Below, piece by piece: positions 1 through 12,095 of a stretch of 64,000 bases of DNA (position 1 is its first letter; each line of letters begins with the position of its first letter). The translations under genes and the position numbers were made by a program. The stretch covers positions 1,088,001-1,152,000 of the forward strand of contig CAXXDN010000002.1 of the NCBI GenBank assembly GCA_963667465.2. Direction: 5' to 3'. This DNA is from Dehalococcoidia bacterium (GTDB lineage Bacteria; Chloroflexota; Dehalococcoidia; UBA2979). The notes under the pieces are model-generated. The model worked only from the letters and a program-made list of their open reading frames with translations, was not told the DNA's origin and ran no database searches.

Positions 1-492
1 GACGCCGCGATCAGCGAGTGGACCGCCACGCGCGACAAGTTCGCGGCGATGGAGGAGCTGCAGGCGGCGGGTGCGCCCGCGGGCGCGGTCCTCAACGCGC
101 GCGAACTGATGCAGAACGAGCATCTGCTCACCCGCGGCCTCTGGGACGCGCAGCCCGTGCGCGGCTTCGCCACCGTGCCGGTGCAGCGCTACTTCCCGGC
201 CCACGTCGACGGCGAGGGCTACGGCGCACGCGGCCCGGCCCCGCACATCGGCGAGCACACCGACGAGGTGCTGCGCGAGCTGCTCGGCTACGACGACGCG
301 AAGATCGCGGAGTTGCGCGACGCCGGCGTGATCGACGGCGAACCGGAGATGCTCACCCCACCCGAGGCGCGCGCCGCCCTGATCCAGCCGATCGACGTCT
401 TCCTCGCAAGCGGCTCCATCCTCGAGGTGGACGAGCAGCACCTGGAACGCATGGCGGCGGTCGTCGCACGGATCGAGGCAGACGCGGGGTAG
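1..492 (+). CDS. CoA-transferase family III (CaiB/BaiF), C-terminal part; 5' end lies outside the window
   Basis: Open frame from the window start; C-terminal motifs 'LQAAGAPAGAVLN..HLLTRG' and 'PAPHIGEHTDEVLRELLGYDDAKIAELRDAGVI'. Confidence 0.85.
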   Translation, partial: DAAISEWTATRDKFAAMEELQAAGAPAGAVLNARELMQNEHLLTRGLWDAQPVRGFATVPVQRYFPAHVDGEGYGARGPAPHIGEHTDEVLRELLGYDDAKIAELRDAGVIDGEPEMLTPPEARAALIQPIDVFLASGSILEVDEQHLERMAAVVARIEADAG

Positions 493-501
493 GGGTTGGC
501 T

Positions 502-590
502 ATGACCCTGCTCAGATCGTCCTCAGCGGCACCGTTGGTCGTCATCGACTGCGAGACCACCGGGCTCGGCAAGCAGCCTGAGCGATCCGC
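502..590 (+). pseudogene. N-terminal fragment of a DEDDh 3'-5' exonuclease (DnaQ-like)
   Basis: MTLLRSSSAAPLVVIDCETTGLGK matches the ExoI motif (hhhDxETTG); the frame then runs into the antisense of the VOC gene with no further exonuclease motifs. Confidence 0.5.
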
Positions 591-624
591 GAGCCCTGTC
601 CGGGTTGGCCCTTGCTTGCCTCCA

Positions 625-1035
625 CTACCTGTTCAGGTCCTCGAGCAGCTCGACCCAGTTACCATCCGGATCCTCGATCATCGCGATCCGGACGCCCGGG
701 CGGATCTCTCGCGGCGTGGTCGGAACGGCGTAGCCTCGATCCGCCGCCGCGGCCACCAGCTCGTCGAGGTTCGAGACGGTCATCGTCCAGTAGCGGTACC
801 CGGAGCCACCGCTCAGGCCGCCGGGCGCGGGCCGCGGCTCCGGTGTCTCCTCGAACTCGATCACCTTGATCAGGCTGGTGCCCGCCATCAAGCGGTGCAT
901 CGTCCCGCCGTCGCCGACCGGCGTGTCGGCGATGTGCTCAAGCCCGAGGAAGTCGCGATAGAACGCGAGCGCGGCCGGACCGTCGCGCACGATGATGCCG
1001 AGGTCTATCGAGTCCTTGTTAAGAGCAACACCCAT
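625..1035 (-). CDS. VOC/glyoxalase family protein
   Basis: 136 aa; 'DLGIIVRD..AALAFYRDFLGL' and 'IAMIEDPDGNWVELLE'; purine-rich SD upstream. Confidence 0.9.
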   Translation of the reverse strand: MGVALNKDSIDLGIIVRDGPAALAFYRDFLGLEHIADTPVGDGGTMHRLMAGTSLIKVIEFEETPEPRPAPGGLSGGSGYRYWTMTVSNLDELVAAAADRGYAVPTTPREIRPGVRIAMIEDPDGNWVELLEDLNR

Positions 1036-1067
1036 CTCGAACCCCCTTCTTCTTGAACGCCTGAAGC

Positions 1068-1616
1068 CTACGGCAACGGTTCCGCGCCCGGCGGCGGCGG
1101 GACCTCGAAGGCGTTCAAGGTGAAACCGACGAAGGCGTAGTAACCGACGAGGCCGGTGAGGTCGACGATGCCCTGGTCGCCGAGGAGCGCGCGCAGCGCC
1201 TCGAACGACTCGTCGCTCACGCGATTGTCGGCGAAGAGCTCGCGCACGTAGCGCACGATCGCCGCCTCGCCGGGTTCGATCGCGTCGAGGGCGGCACGAT
1301 GGCCGATCGCGTGGATGGCTGACTCGCTGACGCCGCCCTCGCGGGCGAGCTTGACGTGGGCGTTCCACATCAGTCCGGCGTCGAGCTCGCGGGCCGCAGT
1401 GATGATCGCGGTCTCGCGCTGGCCCGGCGTGAGATCGGACTCCCAGCGGACGTAGCGGCTGACCTGCGCCGCCCGCAGGGCCAGCTCCGGCGAGTGGAGC
1501 AGGATGCCGAAGGGGCCCGAGACCTGGCCGCCGCGAAGCTCCGCGATCTGGTCGTAGGTCTCCGCCAGCTCGGCCGGCACGTCATCGCGCGAGGTCAGGT
1601 TCGGTAGTCGGGGCAT
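1068..1616 (-). CDS. Carboxymuconolactone decarboxylase (CMD)-family protein without CxxC
   Basis: 'GPFGILLHSPELA', 'RETAIITAARE', 'WNAHVKLAREGGVS', 'GIVDLTGLVGYY'. Confidence 0.85.
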   Translation of the reverse strand: MPRLPNLTSRDDVPAELAETYDQIAELRGGQVSGPFGILLHSPELALRAAQVSRYVRWESDLTPGQRETAIITAARELDAGLMWNAHVKLAREGGVSESAIHAIGHRAALDAIEPGEAAIVRYVRELFADNRVSDESFEALRALLGDQGIVDLTGLVGYYAFVGFTLNAFEVPPPPGAEPLP

Positions 1617-1715
1617 CGGGACTCCCTCGGGTACGGCGGCGGGGCTCCGAGGATACAGAATGCAGCGCCCGGCAGGCGGCGGGCTGGTGACGGCGGCTCG
1701 CGGTACAGTCGATCC

Positions 1716-2468
1716 ATGCGCCGCCTGCAGACCCCCGCCCTGCTCGTGATCATCGTCGCCGCGCTCGTTGTGCTCGTGGGGCTCGGCACCTGGCAGCTCG
1801 CGCGCAACGAGTGGAAGCAGGGGCTCGTCAAGGACCGTGACGCGGCGATCGCCGCGCCCCCGCTCGCTGCTGCCGAGGCGGCCGCCCTCGACAGCCAGGC
1901 GGTCGAGTACCGGCGCGTCGCCCTCGAGGGTGAGTGGGACTACGGGCGCGCGCAGATCGTCGCCAATCGCACGCGCTTCGGCCTGCGCGGCGAGGACGTC
2001 TACGTGCCGCTGCTCACCGGCGAGGGCGCGCCCGCGCTGCTCGTGCTGCGCGGCTGGTACCCCGCCGCGGAGCGCGATCGCGTGCTCGCGGGCCTCGAGG
2101 CGAACGCGCCGCCGGAGGGCCTCGCGCTGCGCGCGAGCAGCACCGACTCGCGACGCAACGCGGACGGCGAGTGGACACGCTTCGGCCTCGACTCGATCGC
2201 CGGGGCGCTGCCCTACCCCGTCGCACGGCTGTACGTGCTCGCCGGAGAGCGGGTCGAGCGGCAGCCGCGGCTGGTGCCGGAGGAGCTGCCGGTGACGGGC
2301 TACGAGGGCTACCGCAACACCACGCCGCACATCGAGTACGCTCTCACCTGGTACGGCCTCGCGGTCGTGCTTGCCGTGACCGTGGCGGTCCGGATCCGCC
2401 AGCAACACCGCAGCCGTGAGGCCGAACCACCCGAGGAAGGGAACGCCAGCGATGCCCCGCCTGCTTGA
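1716..2468 (+). CDS. SURF1 family cytochrome oxidase biogenesis protein
   Basis: 'LGTWQLARNEWK', 'EYRRVALEG', 'LVLRGW', 'HIEYALTWYGLA'; two terminal TM helices. Confidence 0.88.
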   Translation: MRRLQTPALLVIIVAALVVLVGLGTWQLARNEWKQGLVKDRDAAIAAPPLAAAEAAALDSQAVEYRRVALEGEWDYGRAQIVANRTRFGLRGEDVYVPLLTGEGAPALLVLRGWYPAAERDRVLAGLEANAPPEGLALRASSTDSRRNADGEWTRFGLDSIAGALPYPVARLYVLAGERVERQPRLVPEELPVTGYEGYRNTTPHIEYALTWYGLAVVLAVTVAVRIRQQHRSREAEPPEEGNASDAPPA

Positions 2469-2655
2469 CCTCTTGCGCCGCCGCGGCCCCGCTATCGATC
2501 CGGCCTGCGGCATGGAGGTGGACCGCGGCGACCCGCCCGGCGGCAGCACCATCCACGACGGCGAGACCTACTACTTCTGCGCCAGCGGCTGCCGCCTCTC
2601 CTTCGAGGAAGACCCCGCCGCCTACCTCTCCGGCGACAAGCGCGAGGAGATGTAG
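2452..2655 (+). CDS. YHS-domain small protein
   Basis: 'DPACGMEV...HDGETYYFCASGCRLSFEEDPAAY'. Confidence 0.88.
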   Translation: MPRLLDLLRRRGPAIDPACGMEVDRGDPPGGSTIHDGETYYFCASGCRLSFEEDPAAYLSGDKREEM

Positions 2656-2663
2656 CCGCCTTC

Positions 2664-2686
2664 GCCCGGCCCGCGCGGGCCGGGTC
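2664..2686. terminator. GC-rich hairpin after the YHS gene
   Basis: Palindrome cccggcccgc/gcgggccggg; no U-tract. Confidence 0.35.
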
Positions 2687-2766
2687 GTATACTTGGACCT
2701 ACGCACCCTCGACGCCCCGGCACGGCGACGCCGCACCGCCGGGGCGCACCCGGTTGAAAGGCGGAG

Positions 2767-5343
2767 ATGAACCCCGACGACTCCCCGATCGCGCGCGACG
2801 TCCTCAGCCAGGACGAGGCCATCGCCCGCGCGCAACTCGTCTCCGACATCAGCTACGAGATCCAGCTCGATCTCACGGCGGGCACATCCGCATACCGAGG
2901 CGACGTGACGGTTCGTTTCGATTATGTCGCGTCCGATGGCGATAGCGGCACCTTCCTCGACCACCGCGGCGGCGGCATCGAGCGCATCGAGGTCAACGGC
3001 GAGGAGATCGAGCGCCCTGCGGGCGAGTACCGCATCCCTCTGCCCGCCTCGGCGCTGCGGGCGCGCAACGTCGTGCGCGTCACGTACGAGCACGAGTACG
3101 ACCACACCGGCGACGGGTTCCACCAGTTCGTCGACCCCGAGGACGGCAGCGAGTACCTCTACAGCAATTTCGAGCCTTACAACGCGCACCGGCTCTTCCC
3201 CTGCTTCGACCAGCCGGACCTCAAGGCGAGCTACGAGCTGACGGTCGACGCGCCCTCGGAGTGGGAGCTGATCGCGAACGGGCCGGAGCTCGGGCGCGAG
3301 GAGCTCGAGGGCGGGCGGCTGCGGCGGCGCTACGCGCCCGCGGAACGCTTCAGCAGCTACCTCTTCGCGCTGATCGCCGGCCCCTACCACGTCGTCCGGG
3401 ATGAGCATCGAGGCGTCCCGCTCGGCTTCTACTGCCGCCGCTCGCTGGTCCGCCACCTCGACGAGGACGAGCTGTTCGAAGTCACGAAGCAGGGCCTCGA
3501 CTTCTTCGGCGAGTTCTTCGACTACGCCTACCCGTTCGGCAAGTACGACCAGATCTTCGTGCCGGAATTCAACTTCGGGGCGATGGAGAACATCGGCGCG
3601 GTCACCCACTCGGAGCGGATGGTCTTCCGCGACCCGCCGACCGATAACCAGCGGCTCGGACGCGCTGAGGTGCTGCTGCACGAGATGGCGCACATGTGGT
3701 TCGGCAACCTCGTGACCATGCGCTGGTGGAACGACCTCTGGCTCAACGAGAGCTTCGCGACCTACATGGCCTACCTCGCGCTGGTCGAGGCGACGCGCTT
3801 CGGCACGGCCTGGCAGGCGTTCAACTCCGGGATGAAGGCCTGGGCCTACCGCCAGGACCAGCTCGTTACCACCCACCCGATCGCCGGGCAGGTGCGCGAC
3901 ACCGACGAAACCTTCCTCAACTTCGACGGCATCACCTACGGCAAGGGCGCCGCGGTCCTCAAGCAGCTCGTCGCCGCCGTCGGCATGGACAGCTTCCGCG
4001 AGGGCATGCGCAGCTACTTCCGCCGCCACGCCTTTGGCAACACCACGCTCGCCGAGTTCCTCGACGCGATCGGCGAGGGCGCCGGGCGCGACCTGCACGG
4101 CTGGGCGGCGCTCTGGCTGGAGACCGCCTCGCTCAACACCCTCGCCGCCACCTGGGAAGTCGAGGATGGCGCCCTCGCAAGCCTCTCGATCGCCCAGACC
4201 GCGCCCGAGGACTACCCGACCCTGCGTCCGCACCAGCTCGATCTCGCCCTCGTGGGCGCCGGCGACAACGGAGCCGGCGAACCGGCGATCGAGGCCCTCG
4301 CGGTCTCCGTCGAGGGCGTCTCGACGGTCATCGAGGAGGCCGCCGGACGCGCCGCTCCGCGACTCGTGATGCCGAATCACAACGACCACGCCTTCGTGAA
4401 GGTCGCGCTCGATGACCGCTCGCTCGACTACGTGAGCGAGCACCTCGAGCGGATCGGCGACCCGCTGCTGAGGCAACTGATCGGGCAGGCGCTGTGGAAC
4501 ATGGTGCGTGACCAGCAGCTGCGCTCGACCGACTACCTGCCGCTCGTCGCCTCGAAGCTGACGAACGAGGCCGACACCGAGCTGATCGAGAGCGCCCTGC
4601 AGACGGCGGTTGCGGCGATCGCGCGCTACGTGCCGGCGGATCAGCGGGATGAGCAGGCGCAGCGCTTCGCCGAGGTCTGCTGGGAGGCGTTGCAGGCCCT
4701 CCCCGCGGACGCGGCGCGCAACGACCTGCGAATCATCTGGGCGCGCACCTTGATCGGCGTCTCGATCACGCAGAAGGACATCGAGCGGGTGATCCGCCTC
4801 GCCGACGGAGAGCTGTCCGCGCCGGGCCTGACGATCGACCAGGAGATGCGCTGGGACATCGCCGCCCGCGCCGTCGCGCACGACATCGCGGGCGCTGCGG
4901 CGCGCGTCGAGGCGGAGCGCGTGCGCGACCCCTCGGACCGCGGCGAGCGTGCCGCGATCCGCGCGGCCGTGGCGACGCCCACGGCGGAGGCGAAGGCGGA
5001 GGCCTGGGAGCGCATCCACGGCGAGGGCTACGGCTCGCTGCACCTCACCGCCGCGGCGATGAGCGGCTTCCACTGGAACGTGCAGCGCGAGCTGCTGGAC
5101 CCGTGGGCCTGGGAGTTCTTCGAGCGAGCGCCCGCGGTCTTCGCCGAGCGCCAGAACGAGTTCACACGCGCCTGGTTCGCGAACCTCTTCCCCCACTTCC
5201 GCATCGAGCAGGCCGTGCTCGACCGCTCGCGCACGCTGATCGAGGAGATCGGGGACGGACTTCCGCTGCTCGCCCGCTCGCTGCGCGAGGCCAACGACGA
5301 CCTCGAGCGCGCGATCCGCTGCAGGGAGTTCGCTGCGTCGTGA
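2767..5343 (+). CDS. pepN: Aminopeptidase N (M1 family)
   Basis: GAMEN and HEMAH-x18-E (WLNESFA) motifs; 858 aa. Confidence 0.95.
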   Translation: MNPDDSPIARDVLSQDEAIARAQLVSDISYEIQLDLTAGTSAYRGDVTVRFDYVASDGDSGTFLDHRGGGIERIEVNGEEIERPAGEYRIPLPASALRARNVVRVTYEHEYDHTGDGFHQFVDPEDGSEYLYSNFEPYNAHRLFPCFDQPDLKASYELTVDAPSEWELIANGPELGREELEGGRLRRRYAPAERFSSYLFALIAGPYHVVRDEHRGVPLGFYCRRSLVRHLDEDELFEVTKQGLDFFGEFFDYAYPFGKYDQIFVPEFNFGAMENIGAVTHSERMVFRDPPTDNQRLGRAEVLLHEMAHMWFGNLVTMRWWNDLWLNESFATYMAYLALVEATRFGTAWQAFNSGMKAWAYRQDQLVTTHPIAGQVRDTDETFLNFDGITYGKGAAVLKQLVAAVGMDSFREGMRSYFRRHAFGNTTLAEFLDAIGEGAGRDLHGWAALWLETASLNTLAATWEVEDGALASLSIAQTAPEDYPTLRPHQLDLALVGAGDNGAGEPAIEALAVSVEGVSTVIEEAAGRAAPRLVMPNHNDHAFVKVALDDRSLDYVSEHLERIGDPLLRQLIGQALWNMVRDQQLRSTDYLPLVASKLTNEADTELIESALQTAVAAIARYVPADQRDEQAQRFAEVCWEALQALPADAARNDLRIIWARTLIGVSITQKDIERVIRLADGELSAPGLTIDQEMRWDIAARAVAHDIAGAAARVEAERVRDPSDRGERAAIRAAVATPTAEAKAEAWERIHGEGYGSLHLTAAAMSGFHWNVQRELLDPWAWEFFERAPAVFAERQNEFTRAWFANLFPHFRIEQAVLDRSRTLIEEIGDGLPLLARSLREANDDLERAIRCREFAAS

Positions 5344-5353
5344 GGGGCGCAGC

Positions 5354-6646
5354 GTGACGGCCTGGAGCGCCCGTCGGCCGAAGATCTTCTACGGCTGGTA
5401 CATCGCCGCGGCCGGCTTCATGTCGCAGTTGATGTTCGGCGTGCTGATGTTTCACTCGTTCGGCACGTACGTGGCGCTGATGCAGGCCGACTTCGGCTGG
5501 AGCCGCACGACCTTCTCCTTCGCCTTCGCGGCGCAGCGCATCGAGAGCGGGGTGCTCGGTCCGATCCAGGGCTGGGTGATCGACACGTACGGGCCGCGCA
5601 AGGTGATGATCATCGGCCTGGTGATCTTCGCGGCCGGGTTCATGCTGCTCAGCCGGGTCGAGTCGCTGCCGCTCTTCTACATCTCCTTCACGCTGATCGC
5701 GATCGGCTCCTCGCTCGGGAGCTTCCTCTCGGTACTGGTCGCGATCGTCAACTGGTTCCGCAAGCGCCGGGTGCTGGCCACCGGCGTGCTGACGATGGGC
5801 TTCGCGGTCGGCGGCCTCACGGCGACGCCGATGGCGCTACTGATCGAGGGCATTGGCTGGCGTGACGCCGCCTTCGGCTCGGGCATCGTCGCACTCGTCG
5901 TCGGTCTCCCGATCGCGGCCGTCGTGCGGCACCGCCCGGAGCCCTACGGCTGGCTCCCCGACGGCGTCAAATCGAGCTCGACCGTGGCGGGCGAGCCGGA
6001 ACAGCAGATCGAGTGGTCGATGACAGCGCGCGAGGCGCTCACCACCTCCGCGTTCTGGTTCCTCGCGCTTGGCCAGGCCTCGGCGCTGCTCGTGATCGGG
6101 TCGCTGATGGTGCATCTCGTGATCTACATCCACGAGGATCTCGGCTTCGCCCTCGGATTCGCGGCGCTGGCGATCACGATCCAGACGCTGGGCCAGATCG
6201 CCGGCCAGCTCCTCGCAACGCTGTTTGGCGATCGCGTGCCGAAGCGCCCGTTCGTGATCCTCGCCCTGCTCGGCCACGCCACGGCGATGCTGCTGCTCGC
6301 GCTCGCCGAAGGGCTACCGCTGATCTACGTCGCGGTGGTGATCAACGGCGTCGCCTGGGGCTCGCGCGGGCCGCTGATGATGGGACTCCGCGCCGACTAC
6401 TTCGGGCCGAGGCGCTTCGGCACGATCATGGGCTTCTCATCGCTGGTGATTATGCTCGGGATGATCATCGGGCCGATCTTCGCCGGCGTGATGTACGACC
6501 AGACCGGCAGCTACCGCGTCGGGTTCATCGTGCTCGCGATCCTCGCTGCACTCGGCTCGGTGATGTTCCTGATGGTCCGCCCGCCGCCGGAGCGCGAGCG
6601 CTGGCTGGCCGAGGCGGACCGGATAGCTGCCAGCCGCTCCTCCTGA
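5354..6646 (+). CDS. MFS transporter (OFA/MCT-like)
   Basis: About 12 hydrophobic segments; 'FYGWYI', 'GWVIDTYGPR', 'ADYFGPRRFGTIMG'. Confidence 0.9.
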   Translation: MTAWSARRPKIFYGWYIAAAGFMSQLMFGVLMFHSFGTYVALMQADFGWSRTTFSFAFAAQRIESGVLGPIQGWVIDTYGPRKVMIIGLVIFAAGFMLLSRVESLPLFYISFTLIAIGSSLGSFLSVLVAIVNWFRKRRVLATGVLTMGFAVGGLTATPMALLIEGIGWRDAAFGSGIVALVVGLPIAAVVRHRPEPYGWLPDGVKSSSTVAGEPEQQIEWSMTAREALTTSAFWFLALGQASALLVIGSLMVHLVIYIHEDLGFALGFAALAITIQTLGQIAGQLLATLFGDRVPKRPFVILALLGHATAMLLLALAEGLPLIYVAVVINGVAWGSRGPLMMGLRADYFGPRRFGTIMGFSSLVIMLGMIIGPIFAGVMYDQTGSYRVGFIVLAILAALGSVMFLMVRPPPERERWLAEADRIAASRSS

Positions 6647-6782
6647 GGGCACTGGACCGGGCGACGCGCGTCGCCGGCGCGACATCGCTGCGAGCGGGAA
6701 CCGTCCCGTCCCCGCGTACGTCCTGCATCCACTGGACCGTATGGTCGCGGAGCTGGGCGTGGACGATGAGGGCGAGTAGGTC

Positions 6783-9476
<2,694 letters not shown>

Positions 9477-9624
9477 CCTTCCCTCACTGCCCTGCTCCTG
9501 GGCGGCCGCTGCGCAGCGGACCGTCGGCTATCGTAACGACTGCGCCCGTCAGACGCCCGCCTGCTCGCGCGACGGCTGCGGCGCGGCGGTTGCCTCGGCC
9601 TGGCGTCGCCTTCCGGACACAACG

Positions 9625-9648
9625 AGGCCCGGGCGCTGCCCGGGCCTG
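9625..9648. terminator. Inverted repeat between the OB-fold gene and acnA
   Basis: aggcccgggc-gct-gcccgggcct; on the minus strand it is followed by cgttgt. Confidence 0.45.
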
Positions 9649-9686
9649 GTCGTCAGTGGACCGGAGTCCCGTACGTCCTCGAGGGG

Positions 9687-10190
9687 CTAGGCGTCCTCGG
9701 GGAACTGCCAGGTCTCGTGCTCCGGGTCCTCGTCGGACAGACGGAACTGGGGCAGGGCCATGCCGTCGCCCATGTCGATCATCGTTACCTCGACGCGCTT
9801 GCCGATGGCGACGTTGGCCTCCAGCTCGGGGCCATCGTCCGCGTCGATGCAGTTGCTGATGATGCGGACGGAGCGATCGGCCGTCGGCTGCCCGCGCTGC
9901 TCGTCGATCTCGACGAGGACGACGGGGTACGGGGTCCAGTCACGGAAAGCCGGGTTCACGGCGTGCGGAACGAAGTAGTAGGAGTGGATGGTGCCCTTGC
10001 CGGAAACCGGCATCCAGTCGTAGTCCGTACCGCCGCACTCCGAGCACATCGGGCTGGGCGGGTAGCGCATCAGGTCGCACTCAGCGCAGTGCTGCAGGTG
10101 CAGGGAGCCGGACGCCGCCTGCTCGAAGTATTCGATGTGGGGTCGGTCGTTCTCGGGAATGAAGACCTCGAGCCCGTGGTACTGCGGCAT
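9687..10190 (-). CDS. Zn-ribbon/OB-fold protein (DUF35/ChsH2-like)
   Basis: 'LQHCAECDLMRYPPSPMCSECG', 'VSGKGTIHSY', 'PYPVVLVEIDE'. Confidence 0.88.
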   Translation of the reverse strand: MPQYHGLEVFIPENDRPHIEYFEQAASGSLHLQHCAECDLMRYPPSPMCSECGGTDYDWMPVSGKGTIHSYYFVPHAVNPAFRDWTPYPVVLVEIDEQRGQPTADRSVRIISNCIDADDGPELEANVAIGKRVEVTMIDMGDGMALPQFRLSDEDPEHETWQFPEDA

Positions 10191-10353
10191 GTACGCCCCC
10201 TCCGGCATCCGTCGGCAAGACTCCCGCGACTCTGTCGCGAGCCTCGCGGTTTGTAGCACGGCTGCGCGTCGCCGGGCAACCGCGAGGGCGTCCCTGCGGC
10301 CTCGCGCGGCGGTTGCTGCGCGCCAACGGCGTGGGTAGGCTGATCGACACGCC

Positions 10354-10430
10354 GGGCGGTTAGCTCAGTTGGTACGAGCGCTCGCTTCACACGCGAGAGG
10401 TCACTGGTTCAAGTCCAGTACCGCCCACCA
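10354..10430 (+). tRNA. tRNA-Val(CAC)
   Basis: Acceptor GGGCGGT/ACCGCCC, anticodon arm CTCGC-TT-CAC-AC-GCGAG, TTCAA T-loop, encoded CCA. Confidence 0.95.
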
Positions 10431-10483
10431 CTCCGACAGGCTGACGGCAGGCGCAACGACCGTAGGCCTTGTCGGGCGTCACG

Positions 10484-11335
10484 CTACTCGGCGGTCGCGG
10501 CAGCCGGGAGGCGCGTACGCCGCAGCGAGGTGGCGACGAGGACGACGGCGAAGGCGGCCGTGGCAGAGAGCACGACTGCGGGACTGGCGGCGACGCCCGC
10601 GTGGAACGAGGCGTACAACCCGAACACCGAGCTGGCCACCCCGATCAGGAAGCTCGCCGCCATGATCCGCGGAATCCGCCGGAACAGCAGGCTCGCCGTC
10701 GCCGGCGGGATGATCAGCGTCGCCGTGACCAGCACGATGCCGATCGCCTGCAATGCCACCACCACCGCGAGGGCGATCAGCACCAGCAGCGAGAACTCGA
10801 AGAACGCCGTCCGCACCCCGGCCGCCGCCGCCATCGCTGGGTCGTAGGCGACCATTACCAGCTCGCGGTAGAAGGCGAGCACGAAGCCAACCACGACGAC
10901 GGCCAGGATCACTTCGCCCAGCAGGTCGGCCCGGGAGACGCCGAGGATGTCGCCGAATACGAAGGACACCAGGTCCGGCGTGTAGCTCGAGCGGCGCGAG
11001 ATCACGAGGATGCCGAGCGAGAAGGCGGAGACGAAGAAGATCGCGATCGCCGTGTCGTAGCTGACGCGCGAGGTGCGGCGTACGTAGCCGATCCCGAGCG
11101 CCGTCGCGACGGCCGCGGCGAGCGCGCCGAGCGCCACGCTCGCCCCGTTGACGAAGGCGATCGCGACGCCCGCCAGCGTCGCGTGCGCGAGCCCGCTGCC
11201 CGAGGCCGCCAGCCCCTTGTGCACGACGAACGTCCCGACCACCGAGCCGACCAGGCTGACGATCAGCAGCGAGGCCAACGCGCGCTGCATGAACTCGTAC
11301 TCGTACGGCTTGATCAGCCATTCCGCGAGTTCCAT
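10484..11335 (-). CDS. Metal (Zn/Mn) ABC transporter permease, ZnuB/MntB family
   Basis: 'YEFMQRAL', 'GLAHATLAGVAI', 'FVFGDILGV', 'YDPAMAAAAG', 'LIIPPATA'. Confidence 0.92.
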   Translation of the reverse strand: MELAEWLIKPYEYEFMQRALASLLIVSLVGSVVGTFVVHKGLAASGSGLAHATLAGVAIAFVNGASVALGALAAAVATALGIGYVRRTSRVSYDTAIAIFFVSAFSLGILVISRRSSYTPDLVSFVFGDILGVSRADLLGEVILAVVVVGFVLAFYRELVMVAYDPAMAAAAGVRTAFFEFSLLVLIALAVVVALQAIGIVLVTATLIIPPATASLLFRRIPRIMAASFLIGVASSVFGLYASFHAGVAASPAVVLSATAAFAVVLVATSLRRTRLPAAATAE

Positions 11336-11514
11336 CGGCCAGCCCTCAGTTCGTCCCGTAGCGCTCCGCGCCGATCGGGAGCAGGTCGTGCCCGCCTTCC
11401 TCGTGGGCTTGGGGCGGATCCTCGTGCCCGACGGGCCCGGCGGCTCGGTGGCTGTCGCAGTGCGGGTCTCCGTACTGCAACGTCACCGGCCGCTCCGTCC
11501 TCGCCCTGCGAGCG

Positions 11515-11945
11515 CTACTCGCCGCCAAGCCCGTCGACCAGGGCGTTCGCGTTCGCACGCATCAGCTTGACGTAGCTGTCGACCTCGTCCGTGAACGCTG
11601 CGGAGTAGAGCGTCAGTGCGCGCACGTCCGCCTCCCGCGCGATCGCCTCGATGGCCTCGGCGGCGAACTGCGGCTCGCGGTAGACGGCGCCGACGTGGCG
11701 GTCGCCGACGATCTCGATGATCTCGGCCACGGCGGCCGCGCTTGCCTGCTGCGAGGGGTTGCCCGGCAGCAGGGTGGCTGCCAGCTCGAGCCCGTACTCG
11801 GCGGCGAAGTACTGGAATGCGTCGTGGTAGACGATCAGCACGCGGTGATCCTGCGGGATGCCGGCGATTGCGGCCCGGACCTCCTCGTCGAGCGCCTGCA
11901 GCTCGGCGAGGTAGGCCGCTTCGCGCTCGCGGTAGGCGGCGAAGG
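11515..11945 (-). pseudogene. 5'-truncated metal ABC substrate-binding protein (ZnuA/MntA C-terminal half)
   Basis: 'LIVYHDAFQYFAAEYGL', 'VYREPQF', 'SYVKLMRANA' present; signal peptide and N-terminal DPH-containing half absent. Confidence 0.8.
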
Positions 11946-12095
11946 CAACGCACGCGGCGGATTCGGGTCGCGTTCGGACCTCTGGCAGGCTGCATGGTGA
12001 CACTCAGTATCAACGTGCATTACTATGCGCCCCGACGAGCCTCCCCACGAAGCCCGCTCGTTAGGTTTCAGGCGTTGCAGATAGGGGGTACCCGC

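Noticed and set aside
1068-1616. Second CMD-family gene as another recoding candidate
   Set aside because: Uninterrupted frame with no CxxC/CxxU motif.
2344-5196. Very long antisense and off-frame ORFs (e.g. 950 aa here, 892 and 894 aa over nrdJ, 606 and 655 aa over acnA, 643 aa over rlmD/maf)
   Set aside because: Shadow ORFs caused by high GC3 and stop-codon scarcity; low-complexity Arg/Ala/Gly composition and no motifs.
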